Positions 48,624 to 61,720 of a stretch of 64,000 nucleotides of DNA are shown one piece after another; the stretch's first letter is position 1; each line of letters opens with the position of its first letter. Below the pieces are notes generated by a model that saw nothing but the letters and a program-made list of their open reading frames with translations, searched no databases and was not told where the DNA came from. A program made the translations under genes and the position numbers. This DNA comes from Enoplolaimus lenunculus (Eukaryota), in contig JASANG010001329.1 of NCBI GenBank assembly GCA_030248215.1, forward strand, positions 248,001-312,000, given 5' to 3'.

Positions 48624-49846
48624 AAATAACTTTGAGGGTTTTTGTTATTTTGAAGGTTTTAGCTACCACAGTTTAGAAAAAAAAGATTTGTAACTAATTT
48701 TTCACAACGCTACTAATTATTAAAATCAGTAAATTCAACATCACCTTTAGTATTTAAATTGACTCTTGTACCGCTTTGCCACATATTTATACTAAGGCTT
48801 AGAATTAGGCATAGCCATGTGCAAACATAACGCCTAAAGCGCCTGTTAAAGCGTTTGTCTTAACCTCAGGTTTAGTCCAAGACTAAAAGCAAACCTGCAA
48901 TTTTTACTTAACCTTTCGCTTCGGTAAAATTTGTTGACCTCGCGTTCGGGTATTTTTCAACATGTGCACGAAACTGAGCAATGGCGTAGCCATCGTTAGG
49001 GTACCTCATTTAGGATTATTGTATACAATTTTTAGTAAGTTTTTCAGTTTTTAAGAGCCCCATTGCAAAATGTATAGAACGTAACTATTCTGTCCAAAAT
49101 TCTGACCGTGCCCAATGCACTGCACTGTTTATTTTCTTAAAAGAATGCCTAACAAGCTTTGTGTTTCTAATTTGTAAACTATGAGTATAACATATGCATG
49201 TCGTATAACACTTATTTTTGTTGAAAGCTAGCGTATAGGTGGGCATTGCGATGCCAACGCCGTCTTCCTGCTCCTTTTAGCGGCTGCTTGTTATCAAGTA
49301 TATATAGTACAAGTTTGCAATTGTATACCATAAAATTTCGTCAACAGAATAACTGGAAACAGTAAATATGATATTGTTGTCTTGTTCTGGTTAATTGGTT
49401 GTGGATATATAACTTCAAACAAGATTCCGCGGGTTAAGCTAGTCAGTTGCGATGTTCGTTGTGGTCTTTCGCACACTCGATGAATATGAATTGCCTATTG
49501 CATACGTAATTTATGCTTTAATAAAATTTATTTATTTTTCAATTTTACCTTTCTAAGTCAACGTCAAACAGGATGTTAAACTCAGCCGTCCCAGTAAAAA
49601 ATAAGCTTCCAAACTGTCTGTGGTATTTGTCAGAAATTTAGGCGAACACTAACTGAACAACTGTAAAGAATTGGTAGAAGATAATTCGTGCGCTCGAATA
49701 GCAAAATTTGTGTGAGCAACATGATGCTTAACTTAAATTGTACCCAAAGCATAAATTTTTTTCTGAAAACGCATATTTAACCTTGTTTTTCCGAGGCCAA
49801 TTATGGGCGGCAGGACGACCATGAAACTGTTTTGGTTTGAAGTCTT

Positions 49847-50043
49847 GGCCAATGTAAAGGTCAGGGGCGGAACGGTTTTCTGTGGGACTGGAAAAGAGTA
49901 ATCTTAAGCTTTACACTATTGTTTTTTGCTTGGCTTAGGCTTAGGAATATGCTCAATCTTACGCTTAGGCTGAGGTTTAAGCTTAGGCTTAGGCTTAGGA
50001 ATATGCTTATAATACTGTTCTGCCCGTGGTGTTTACATTGGTC
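49847..50043 (+). mobile_element. MITE family A (carries TTAGGC)
   Basis: GGCCAATGTAAAG ... TTTACATTGGTC; flanks GAAGTCTT and GAAATCTT (7/8). Confidence 0.9.
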
Positions 50044-51892
50044 GAAATCTTGATTGTCGAATTAGTTAAAAACTTTAAATATCATTAGTTTATAGTTCAA
50101 TGATGAATTAACTCAACAAATTTTCTTTCATGTATTGGGCATTACAGAAATTAAATATTCTGATGCATCTCGTTTTATTATTGTTGTTGATATGCCTGTA
50201 GGAGTCGAATATATATCAAACAACACGAGAGGTTTCGTATTTCAGTTTTTTTACTCTGTTTTGTTAGCAAAATTATTTAATCCACATCATTGTAGTACCA
50301 ATTCACTGCGACGGTAATAGTGACACTTCAGCAGTCATTATACCGTCACGACTTAAATATCGCTTTTTTACACAAAAGTATGCAACAGGATACATTCTGT
50401 GTCGCAAAGAATATAAACAAACGCGCGCTGCGTTTTTCGTCAACGCTTAATTTAAGTATGGGCGGAGGTAAATGCTATGTTAATATGACATATTCTAAAT
50501 TGTTCAAGGGTTTAGTTTTTTCAACATTTCACAAATTATTTGTTGAACTAATTTTAGACCGTTCTACAAATCTACAAATTTAACGCTTTTTTGTCAGTAC
50601 CTTCGTTGTCACAGGTCTCGGGCGGTGACTCCTATTTTCACTAGGGATAATTTTGAAAGGATTATGCAGTGTAGATAAATAAGAACGTTTTCTAAATCTG
50701 GTACGAGTTAATTCTACGTTTCAATGCCTCCATGAAGATTTACTGACAAGTTTCTGCCTTGCGGTTTAAATTAGTAATTTCTATAATTTATCTTGCGTGA
50801 TAAGCTGAAATATGTTAACAGTTGTGGATATGCCCTGTTACCAGGCATTCGTGCAGCCAGTTAGTTGCTCTGTTGCGGCAACGCGGCTTCACGGCATCTT
50901 CCTTCCCACTGAGCCTAGTGTATGACGACAGTTTTGGTCGTCCGATAAAGCATTACTTACAGCTTCGCTAAACTTTTAGGCCCAACAATAGGTCAGTTTT
51001 GAGACCTCGTTGGACAATTTTTATGTAAACCTAGCAAGATTACGAAGTATAATTTTGACAAATGCCAGAACTGCGAGAAGTGTTGTTAAACCTAGGAATC
51101 ATTTTTTCAAACTTGAACAACCAGACGTGGTTCACCGAGCAAAACTATTCCTTGTACAAACTAAATCAATACGCTTGTATAAACAATTGCGACATTGCAT
51201 AACGGAAACGATTAGTACAATCATGGGCCGATGATAGCTTCTTGTAGTAAACTTTGTAAAATCTATTGTTTTTCTTTCATTGTACAAGTTCGCTTAGTAG
51301 AAATGTTTGCATAAAAATCAATCATTTATTTGGTAGGAAGGAGTATTGTTTGAAAGTAAGTCAGGTTAAAAATAAAAGAAATACATTCGTAAATAGTATT
51401 AATAATAAAATAACCCAATATAATCTTGTTTTGTTATTGTCACATCTTTGTGGATTTAGTGCTTGAAAATGGTTAAGTTTGCACAATTACGTTTATTTAT
51501 CCAAATAACTGAAATTCTAGCCAGCAGATGAAATTTTTTGCCTTGTTTGGCTCGCGATGACCCTATATTTGCCGATCGGGCAAATAACTTTTTAACTTAC
51601 GATCCACAGAATAGTTTTTTACCATTTTTCATGTTTATTTCGGTTACGATTGTGGTGTAATCAACTTGCTTATGTTGCACATATGCGCAGCCATCTGTTG
51701 CCTGCCGTATGATGTTTCTTAAAGCAGCAGAACGAGCAAACAAAATAAAAATTCGTTTCATAGTTCGTCTTGTACAGTACTTATCCGAAGCGGTGAAGGT
51801 GAACAATAAGAGTTGCAGTGTTAGAATTTTGCTATACATAGAATTCTAGCGTTAATAGCCGAACGTAATTTTTGTACAATTTAAAACATGTC

Positions 51893-52335
51893 AGTCTAGG
51901 TAGGAACCAAGACTTCAGACGTTTCTACTAGGCAGCTGGAAAATCGGGTTGCAGGTGGTTTGAACTAATGGCCTTCTTCGTGGCAGACAGACGGCGCTGC
52001 TACCATTGCGCCACGTAGCCCTTTTCTCCAACTGTTTATATCGTCGACTAGATGTCGACAGTATGCTGCCGGCTAGCATACATTTCACTGGATACCGTGT
52101 TCATAGCGCGGCATTTGCCATTGCATCCACGGATTAGCCCCCATATGAGTCTGGGTCGGAACTGGGACTTCAGACCTTTCTACTAAGCTGCTGGAAATCA
52201 GGTTACGGGTGGTTTCGAACTAACGACCTCCTGCGTGTCAGGCAGACGCTGGTACCACTGCGCCACGTAGCCCGCCTCTCCAAATGTTTCTATCGTCAAC
52301 TATATGTCGACCGTATGCTGCCGGCTAGCATACAT
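51893..52335 (-). repeat. Tandem pair (~255-bp period) of ~190-bp units, each containing a tRNA-like segment
   Basis: 51893-52083 and 52149-52335 are colinear and moderately diverged. Confidence 0.85.
52200..52272 (-). pseudogene. tRNA-like sequence (GAC anticodon, Val-like); pseudogene or SINE head
   Basis: Minus strand reads GGCTACGTGGCGCAGTGGTACCAGCGTCTGCCTGACACGCAGGAGGTCGTTAGTTCGAAACCACCCGTAACC. It has an A box, anticodon arm and B-box-like GTTCGAAAC, but the T stem is poorly paired and the acceptor stem has a mismatch. A more decayed copy lies at 51946-52020. Confidence 0.7.
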
Positions 52336-55056
52336 GCAGTGCACTGCACTCTATTGCATGTGCACATAACGAACAAGCCTGTCTCACATGCTTACACGTA
52401 TGATGCCTGAAAGTTTGTGATTTATCTAAACCAAACATAAACGCAACTATATCCAAGGCGACAATTACTTGAATGAATATGAGCGTATAGACATGTTATT
52501 TGCTCGGTGGATTTTGTAGTAGTCAAGTTCAATACATCACGTTTTGCTGCATATTTGTGATTCATTTTATTCTCCAACGACCGATTGTTGTTCCCCTTGT
52601 GACGAATTTCTAGTTGCAACTCTGACTTCAAATCTAATTTCGTCATTACTTGTTCATGAAAAATAGTAGGTAATTGCACGAGAAATAAAGCAACAATTAT
52701 GTTGAACGAAAATGTTCTCTGCGATACGGCTATTGTATATTAACCCTTTGTCACATGAATATTCAGTTTCATATGAGATGTAATTTCAAGGTATGATTAG
52801 ATCTCCAGTCTGACAGGTGGACGTGTTTACGATAAACATTGACCTATAGCAGCTTGACGCTCCAGCCTCACGGGGCTCTCACGTTTTGTGGAGATTTTGC
52901 ACTGCGCATATCTGTTATAAATCTTAAACACTGCTCACAGTTTGCGTTGCTCTACATTATTGTATTTAGTTGCTCATAGTACACTCTATGAGTGAAAGGA
53001 TTAACATTCCAGACCCTATGCTAAAACGTTTATGGTGAATAATCATCGATTTCAGTTGAATAATTATTCTATCTTAACTCACGCCGGCATCCGTCTACAA
53101 GGGAGTGCAAGCGTCACCCCCTCTATGTTTTCGAAGTTATATCGGCAGACATATGGAGTAATTCAGTATTGTCAAGTTTATAGCTACAACTGCTAATTTC
53201 GAAAATTTTCCTCAGGACCCCAGAAAGCACACAGGAACCCAATTTTCTAGCGATGTCCAAACAAGCAGTCAAATGTTTTGTTCGTTCTACTCGGTTACAT
53301 CTTGTAATCGGATCGACAATATACTTTGCAATAGTGAAGAACGTAAAAGGTTAAGTTTCATATAAAAAATTAGAAATACTTTAATTCACTCTTTATGCTA
53401 ATGCTGTGCCCGTTATGAGTTTATGACCGGCTGTACTGGCCCCAGCTACTCGACCAGTCAATCGATCTTTGTTTCTGGCTTCTGCAGAACTTGTGGCTGT
53501 GTTTTCGGCGGTTTTGGCTTTGGCTTACTTCGTTTTGAAAAGTATTCTCGTTCAGAGAGTTTGCAGCTTACGTTGATTATGATGTTTTAATAGCGAAGAT
53601 TTGTCGAACAAGAAAGAGTAAAAAAACTTTTTTTGACGATACGTTAGCAGTTTTCAGCGCTCAAATATTTAAATTTAACATCACTTGAACTGCCTAATTT
53701 AGCTTGACCTCCGGCTACGGTACTGAGTCCGACAAAATTTTGTTGATGTTAAATGCACCGGCTCACCTTCGGTTGTACCGGCTATATTGTATTCGGATTA
53801 TCTCTGTGTAGAATTTGAGAGCCCGACTTCGCAAGTGAATAAAATTTAATTCTGGTAAGAAAACGTGGAAGGGTTTTCGAATCACATTAAACTTATAAGA
53901 TGTAAATAGCGATCTGTGGCCAGAGGCGGTTCCAAAAATTTTTTAACGGGGGGCGGGCTGGCAAACGTGAAACGCTTAAATTGTAAGGTAGGGACCTCGC
54001 CATTTATCATCTAAAAAATTTCTGAGGGCGAAAAATTGTAAATGAGGAGGGACTCTACATTTTATTACAAAAAATTCTGCGGGACAAATTGTAAAAAAGT
54101 GTAAAGTAGGAATCTTACCATTTTAACACAAAAACATTTCTGATCGGGCGTACACCCTCCCACCCTCCCCCTCTGGGTCCGCTATTGTTTGTGGCCGAAA
54201 ATGCTGTATGACGGAAACTTGGTTTTGGCGACCAAATTTAATAACAGCTTTAAGTCTTTGACATTGTAAAATAGAAATTGGGCCATAAAAAGGTCAACAT
54301 ATTTTCGAAATTAATGCTTATGGACGTTTGGATTATTTGTTGTTTAACTGTTTTGTCATAATCTTTAAGCTTGGGCTAGGTTTACCTAAGAAGCACTATA
54401 ATGTGAATAGATTTCTTTCAAGATAAAAAAATCGACTAATTCCAAAACTCTCGTTCAAACAGTAATTGTTTCATTTTTGAAAGTTAAAGCTTATGTTTAC
54501 AAGTAAAGCGCAATGTAATTTTTTTATCAAAACCTTTCTAGTAAACGTTTGCGAACTATATTCATACCTCATCATCTGAAATAGATTTTAATAATGAATT
54601 TTTATTTCTCTAAAAATATCACCAAATAATCGTTGACCAACCTCTGGGACGTCGCTATTGGTGTTAATATTAATATTATATGTTTCAAGGGTTACTGTTG
54701 TTTTTGGTGCCCAGTATGACAAAATAGTATTAATGCTGCACAAAAGAGTTATTTTCGAATTTAGTATACTTTGATATTTTAACACTAGGAATAGTCTGTT
54801 TGTTTGCGCTTCTGGCAAACTAACCGCAAAATATATTAACCGAAATGCTTCAGTTAATACGCTAACTTTGACATACCAAATCTTCCCGAATAGCTTTGAT
54901 TTTTTCAAGAGCTGACAAAGGTCACCAGGGAATTTTAGAACAAAACATTACTTAAAATTGAAGCGGACAATTTTTTAAACAGTATATATACAACACAACT
55001 AATGCAACTTCCACAAACATGAGTACACCAGGTGACTTTTGAGGGGATAGTGTTAT

Positions 55057-55197
55057 GGACACTGAAGCCAAAAAAGCTTCAGTATCCAAATGTTGAAGCC
55101 AAAAAGCTTCAGTGTCCTAGACATTAAAGCATTTTTGGATTCGACGTCCAGGATACTGAAGCCAAAAATGCTTCAGTGTACAGGATACTGAAGCCAA
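55057..55197. repeat. Minisatellite of ~31-32-bp self-complementary units (~4.5 copies)
   Basis: Consensus GGAYACTGAAGC-CAAAAA(A/T)-GCTTCAGTRTCC. Confidence 0.85.
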
Positions 55198-56129
55198 CTT
55201 TCGGAATATTCAAAAAATATTGCTGTCATAATTTTGAAAATAGAAATTTCGTGTTCACAAGTTAAGTAAGTTACTGTTATGGCGTTTTTCCCTTAAAGAC
55301 AACTGTTATGATGTTGAGAGAAGTTTGACAAATTTTGCGTTTTTGCAAAATCACAACTGAATCTTTATAGTTACCCGTCCACATCACCTGCGCTTAATTA
55401 TCGATTAGTCACGATTACTGTTCATAGCTGCTTTTATTACGCCTTTGAAAGGTTATTTCTACAAGTATACATTTAAAAAGCATCATAAGCGATAACATAT
55501 TGCAATTATTCGTAAGAAATCGCACGCGAAGTTGTAACTGTAATGATTTTCGTACTGCAAAAAGGAAAATGTTTCAGCAGTTCGTGATCAACCGTTCAAT
55601 CAAACTATTATTATTCATGAAAAATTGACCACATATTACGTTAATACTCTGTAAGGTTTTCAGAATTTTTATCACCTGAAATTTTTGTGAACTTTTATTT
55701 CTCACGAACGCGCTAACGTATTAATTGAAATTCGGCAAAACTAAACTTTTTAACCATAACATTTGTAGTCAATTGAGAAAAAGTTATCCAGTAGCAGTGT
55801 CTTGAGCATCGGATATAAAGATATAAGAAAATACGGCACCAAATGTATCCGTTTAAGGATAATACATTTCGTAGACGCGGTAAAATCAGCGTCAAAATAT
55901 AACAAGAATTCGTCATTTTTGGGAAAATTTATCGGTTCATAAATGATATACAGGAACTGTCTTGCGGAAGTACATTTTACGAATTGCACATTAACTAAAA
56001 TGAAAGTTGATCACCAAATGATCATTTCTCTTAAACGCGAAATTCGCCACCGTTTGCATCTGCTAGTGGGTATGGTTGACAGCGTTGCAATTACATTTGA
56101 AACGGTTTCATAGATTGCAAACTATCTCT

Positions 56130-56355
56130 GGCCCACGTAACTTGTAAAGATCAGAGACGGAACGTTTTTCCGCGAGACTGCAATAAATTGATCTTAACCG
56201 TTAAACTATTTTCTGCTTAGGTTTAGGCTTTGACCTTGGCTTTAGGTTTAGGCTAAGCTCAGGTACAAGCTCATTCTTATGCATAGGCTTATGTTTAGGC
56301 TTAGGTTTAGGAATATGCTTATACTGCTATTACGGCTTTGATTTATACATTGGTC
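56130..56355 (+). mobile_element. MITE family A
   Basis: GGCCCACGTAA ... TATACATTGGTC; flanks CTATCTCT and CTCTCTCG (6/8). A further right half-copy lies at ~56630-56749. Confidence 0.82.
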
Positions 56356-58353
56356 CTCTCTCGTTTGATATTTTGTAACCAAATCTATTTGTAGTAAGAT
56401 TAACAAGAGCGCAGATGTCTACTGGCGTCTCAAAACCTGAATGATATCTCGGCTTTCTTTTACAAAATTGTCAAGCTTCATACCGCAAAAGCTTGAATTA
56501 TATAAGTAGGTGCGATGGTACAGAGATGGCTGCGATCGCTTTACCCGTTTCGGGCCTGTAGGGATTTTTCTCGCTACTTTTTTTGCGTATACAACAAATA
56601 AATATAAACCTTGTGTGCTCGCTGGTGGAGTCAGCTTAAGCTTAGAGTTACAATTGCGTTTATTCTTTACGCCGAGGCTTTGGCTTAGGTTAAGGCTTAT
56701 GTTTAAGAATATGCTTATACACTGTTACGGCCTTCTTTTACACATTGGCGGAAGTTTTGCATAAAAGGCATTGGCGCAAGAACTCAGCCTGCCTTGTATG
56801 TTGAACCTGACTTAATTCTCAGTGATATAAAAAAATTAAACTGTTGAATATTTTTGCGTTATATTTGCAAAATTTTAATATTTTTATTTTTGGTTTTGAA
56901 AACTCATTCATACATCTGCTAAATTGTCAACTGTGACAGTTTTTATTATATATTCAATAATATTCAGCTGCTGTTAGATTGATTTAGAACTGTTATTAAG
57001 AATTCTAAGTCTAAAAAAGTAACCAACTGCTGTTAGAGTGATTTAGAACACTGTTAGCAGAATTTATAAATCTAATTTTTTTAACTTTGATAAATATACA
57101 ATTCTGTAACATATGGTTAATCTACTGTCAAATAACGACCTTGTCTTATTTAGCCACCAACTGTGATTTACCATCATCTTAAGAGCTAATATTTTTGCCT
57201 TTATTTAGTGCCGGTGTTGCAGGAAAAATCAGACCCCCGTAAGAAGTTTACTAGGATAAACCAAACACCCAAAATTTGTGTATTTCAAGAAAAATCAAAC
57301 CCCTGTAATCCTTACTACAAAAAATCAGACTCCCGTGAGAACTTTACTACAAAAAAGCACACCCTGTGATTATGTGCGTCAATCCCAACAGGGGTGCGGG
57401 TTCACTGACCTCTCCACTTTTTGAGAATAAAACTTGGTAGGCAATTTTGACCACACCCCACTTTTGAAAGACCAAACATGACGGGCTTATTACTATCCAA
57501 TACATCTGCCAGGCTCATTGCCTGACAGAGATGGATTTTAAGGTGGTGGGAAGCCTGGGGTCCATTATGACCAGCAGCCCTTTTATTAACCATAATTATT
57601 TTATACTCCAGAGATTAAAATGAAACAGTTTAATAAAATAAATTGTACCAAAAGTACGAAACAAAATTTACGGGCTTTTCTACACTTTACAGATATTTGC
57701 TAAAATTAACAAATTAAACATCATTATAACTAGCTAGTTTCACCTCTCCTCCAGCTCCGACAAGTTTTGTTGAACTCCTGCTTCGGCTTCGTATTTTTCA
57801 CTTCCGGTTGCACAATGATGCACATGATACTTAGATTTATATGCCCATCTTATTTCGTGAATGTTCGCAATCGATGCTCAATTAATTTGAGTTTTGTGAA
57901 AGAACACTGGCCACAGCAGTCGAATACTATAGGGATGCATCTTGGTACGCGCTCTTGCTGTCATGTTCTGCAAAATTTACCCAGTTATCGCGGAGCGCTT
58001 CGGCTTAAGGCTAAAGCTGCTGCGTTTATCCCCGCTGGACGGGTTTTTTTGCTAGGTCCGACCCAAGTAGACATTAGTTAATGGCTAAGCCGATTTTGCT
58101 TGGATTTTATGGGTACCGTTCCGACCTGCGTAATGTAACTCCACAGGAATTGGTCTTTTTACTGTTTCCATGTTTTCTTTTTCGAATCTAAATAGTGATT
58201 TTTAGATGGACGTAAAAAATTTTCTAAAGCCCAAGAATGGGCGGTGCGGATCTCGTTTCGTTTTTTTACTTTTCGACCACCCTATTTTACCAAAAGTTTC
58301 TTTCTCCAGCAAACTTAAAATAAAGTCCACACCTGAATGTTTGTTAAGATGTA

Positions 58354-58742
58354 CTTTAGTGACTCGAATAGGGAGTAATGAGTGGGGGTCCCCATTTTAA
58401 GTCCCAATCAATAGGGGTCCGTATCCCTAATAAGAGTCCATAAGGGGATGGAGTCCTCAAACACTAAAAAACTTCAGCACCAATAATGCAGAGTTCTAAC
58501 CATTAAACCATACTTATTTTTTGAAACTACATTCCTAAGTATAACCTTGCACTATAGCTCAAGTTTTTGATACAAGACAAAGGTTTAGTTCAACGAATAA
58601 TTGCAATACCGGGTATATATTAGTACCGAAGGGCGGCGGAAGACAGGTTAAAAATAAATTACAGTCCGTAACCGACTAGCGAGGGGTACCCTGTAGAGAG
58701 GCAAAATAAATATCAGTCCCCCTCTCATTCCGGTCACTACAG
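58354..58742 (-). mobile_element. MITE family C, full length
   Basis: ta|CTTTAGTGACTCGAATA ... TCATTCCGGTCACTACAG ends. Confidence 0.85.
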
Positions 58743-61720
58743 TTGTCAAATACAGCGCAATGCAGACACTGTTTTCGCATATTTTAACTATCACTTTTAA
58801 GCTTCAATCGTGTTTAATAGCCTTGTATACGCTTTAACGAATTGTGGCGTGATTAGCCATCATTTCTTGGAAAGTGTGAACATGTCTAAATTAATGATTT
58901 GATCCCCTTTTTGAGAACAAATTGGCGTCCATGCTTATTTTAATAGGAAAAGTCGGATCACAGACTAATTTTTGATCAATTTAAGTTCTTTCATCACAGC
59001 TTTAACAAAATGATTTATCTTCGCATATTAAATGTTAACGATTTTCATTTTGCAGTTACTGCTAAGTCTCCATATTTTTTAGAATGAAATCTTTTGGAGC
59101 GCATGATGCGAACAGCTAATTTGCGCTCCTCATATCCCATGGTTATATTAGCATATTTCTTTAAATCGGAGTAATCTAAAAAACGGAAATATTTCATTCT
59201 GTGAAGTGAAAGCATTTTCAAATGTGTTTTGCACCTATCACCAGCTGGAAAAGTTTTATAAAAACTGAAGCATAATACACCTGCTGCAGACCGGATCTTG
59301 GTTTATTGACAGTTACTGCTAAGTTTCCATCTTTGTTCAAATGACATCGTTTGGAGCGCATACGAACTACATGCTTAAACGCTTTACGAATATCCACCCT
59401 AGGTGTAACTGATTTGCGGTCGCCATCACCCTTGGTTGTAATATGCTTGTTTAAATTAAGAAAGCGGAAGTATTTCATTCTGTGAAAACAATTTCAAATG
59501 TGTGTACTTTGTAGCACGTATCACCAGTTAACAACAGGTTCATAAAATTACTGGATTTTGGTTCATTGACCAGTTTGATTGCATACGCTTACGAGACAGA
59601 AGAAACTGTAGGGTAGAGTACATTGGTTGAAACTACCTAATTACAATTAATATTTGATTACTTGTTGCCAATCAAACTTGTGATTGCATAACACAAAACT
59701 TCTATTATTTTACTAAAAACAAATTCAGAATAACTATATCTCTATTAAGATCAACGATAAATATTTATGTGAAAATTCATACACTGGAAATATATTCAAA
59801 CTTCTAGAAATATCTTGGTTAATATATTTAACGCAATTGAATTAAGTTAGCGTTGTAGGGTAACTTAACGTATTTACGGAAAACACTAATTTATTGCGTC
59901 AGAAACAACTCAGCAGTCAAGACCGTTTTGCCAGAGAGGGCAGAAGCGGACAACAAAGTGTAGAAACAATTTTGGCCTTATGGACAACTTATATTCTCGC
60001 TTGTTTATGATGTGAAACTCATGCATAACCGTGCTTAGTTTTTGCTGACCCGCTGACCATCTATTAATGGATATTGAGCTGTCTGTAAAACGTTCTCGAG
60101 AAATCAACATGAATAATATATCGTTAGAGTTTTCGGACTACAACAACAGTAGCTTGAACAAACTTCGCATGTTTTGATAACAAAATTATCTGAGGTATTT
60201 GATAGCCATTGGTGAGCTCAGAAATGTTATTTTCAAGCGTTTATGAAAAGTGATTTTTTTTACTTTTTGAATTCGGTCTTAAAAGCACATCGAGTTGCAC
60301 CCAAGAACACGGTGAAAAGTCGACTTCGTTCAAACCGGAAGCTTCAGAAGCTATCATTAAAAATTTACACAAAATTTGGACAGTGTCTTCATTCTAAAAA
60401 TTCACAAACTAACTTTTCCACGCTTAAATTATTAGTAAATCAGCAATACTGATTAAATTCTTAATGACATACAAAAAATGAAAAATAGCACTTGACCTGA
60501 ATAACGTTATTGCGTGATACATTCCTAACAGGCTGTAATCGGCTGAAGCAAACAATGCCGAAGGCGAAGGCCTACAAATTCTGACGGAACCGTAACCGGC
60601 GGTGCAGCTGGATTGGCTAATAAAAATTTGCCAATCGAACACCAAATAGTATTGTTTGCTTGCCACCATCAATTCTGGCTCAAGGAATTAAAACTAAAAT
60701 TAAGTTTAACCCTCGCGAAAAATGGTCCGGCCCTCATCTACGCATGGGCCGGTTAGGTCCGGAATCTTGTCTACTCGACAATTTGTCGCCCATCCTTTTA
60801 TTTGAACTTAGCGCTTAGAATTAGAATTAGGATTTTGCGTACGCTTAGGCTTTAAGCAGATGTCGAGAGACAATCTTTCCGAGGTACGAGTGGCCATATA
60901 GTGAAGACGTTTACAATGTACATGACACTTAACTCGTGTCTACGGTACAAAGCAGCCATGGTAGAGTATCGATAAAAACCCTGCTTAGAGTTGTTTTTGT
61001 TTCAAACTACGTTTTAGGTATTCTAATATTAAACAAATTTTGGCAGGCTAAACATTAAAATGAGAACATTATACTGAATGTTTTTCTGATATTCGTAGTT
61101 TTTGAGTACGAAAATCAACACAGACCCATAGATAGCTCATCTTGCAGAAAAAACATTTCAGAAGACGTCTACAAGGTATTTTGCTAACGTACAAACAAGG
61201 TTGAAATTTTTCTCGATGGAAGCCAAAATTCTTCCGGAGTCGGAGCTGTTGAACTTCCCGGGCCACCCTCAGGTAGTTGATCCCAACCCAATGCATACTA
61301 GGTTCAATTGGACCCCTCTACGGTTTTCACAGTGCCGGTACTCATAAGGAAAGAATTGAAGAGATCACTCATGAACTTTATATATATATATGCATAAAAA
61401 GATAAGTTGCTACTTATTAATAGACAATTGTTAATCCAAAAATACCACAGCGAAAAATGTTAACACAATAAAAGTTATATACATGAAAACAACAAGCTCA
61501 GAAATGTGTCCCGAACTCGAGTTTGAAATGTTTACTTTTTTGAAAAAATTTTGTGGAATTCACCGGCTTTGATATGGTCAAAATAAGTAAACGTTGCCAG
61601 TATAGAATTTCACAGTTGCATTTGGAAATTGATTGTTTAATATTTGAGTTATTTGAAATTCAGAACCATTTTTTAGTATTCATTATACCATATTTTTGGT
61701 ACCTAATAATAGTTGAAACT

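Noticed and set aside
59047..59500. Diverged local direct duplications (also ~15856/16419, 20009-20066, 56965-57080)
   Set aside because: Real but ordinary two-copy duplications with no coding or structural signal.
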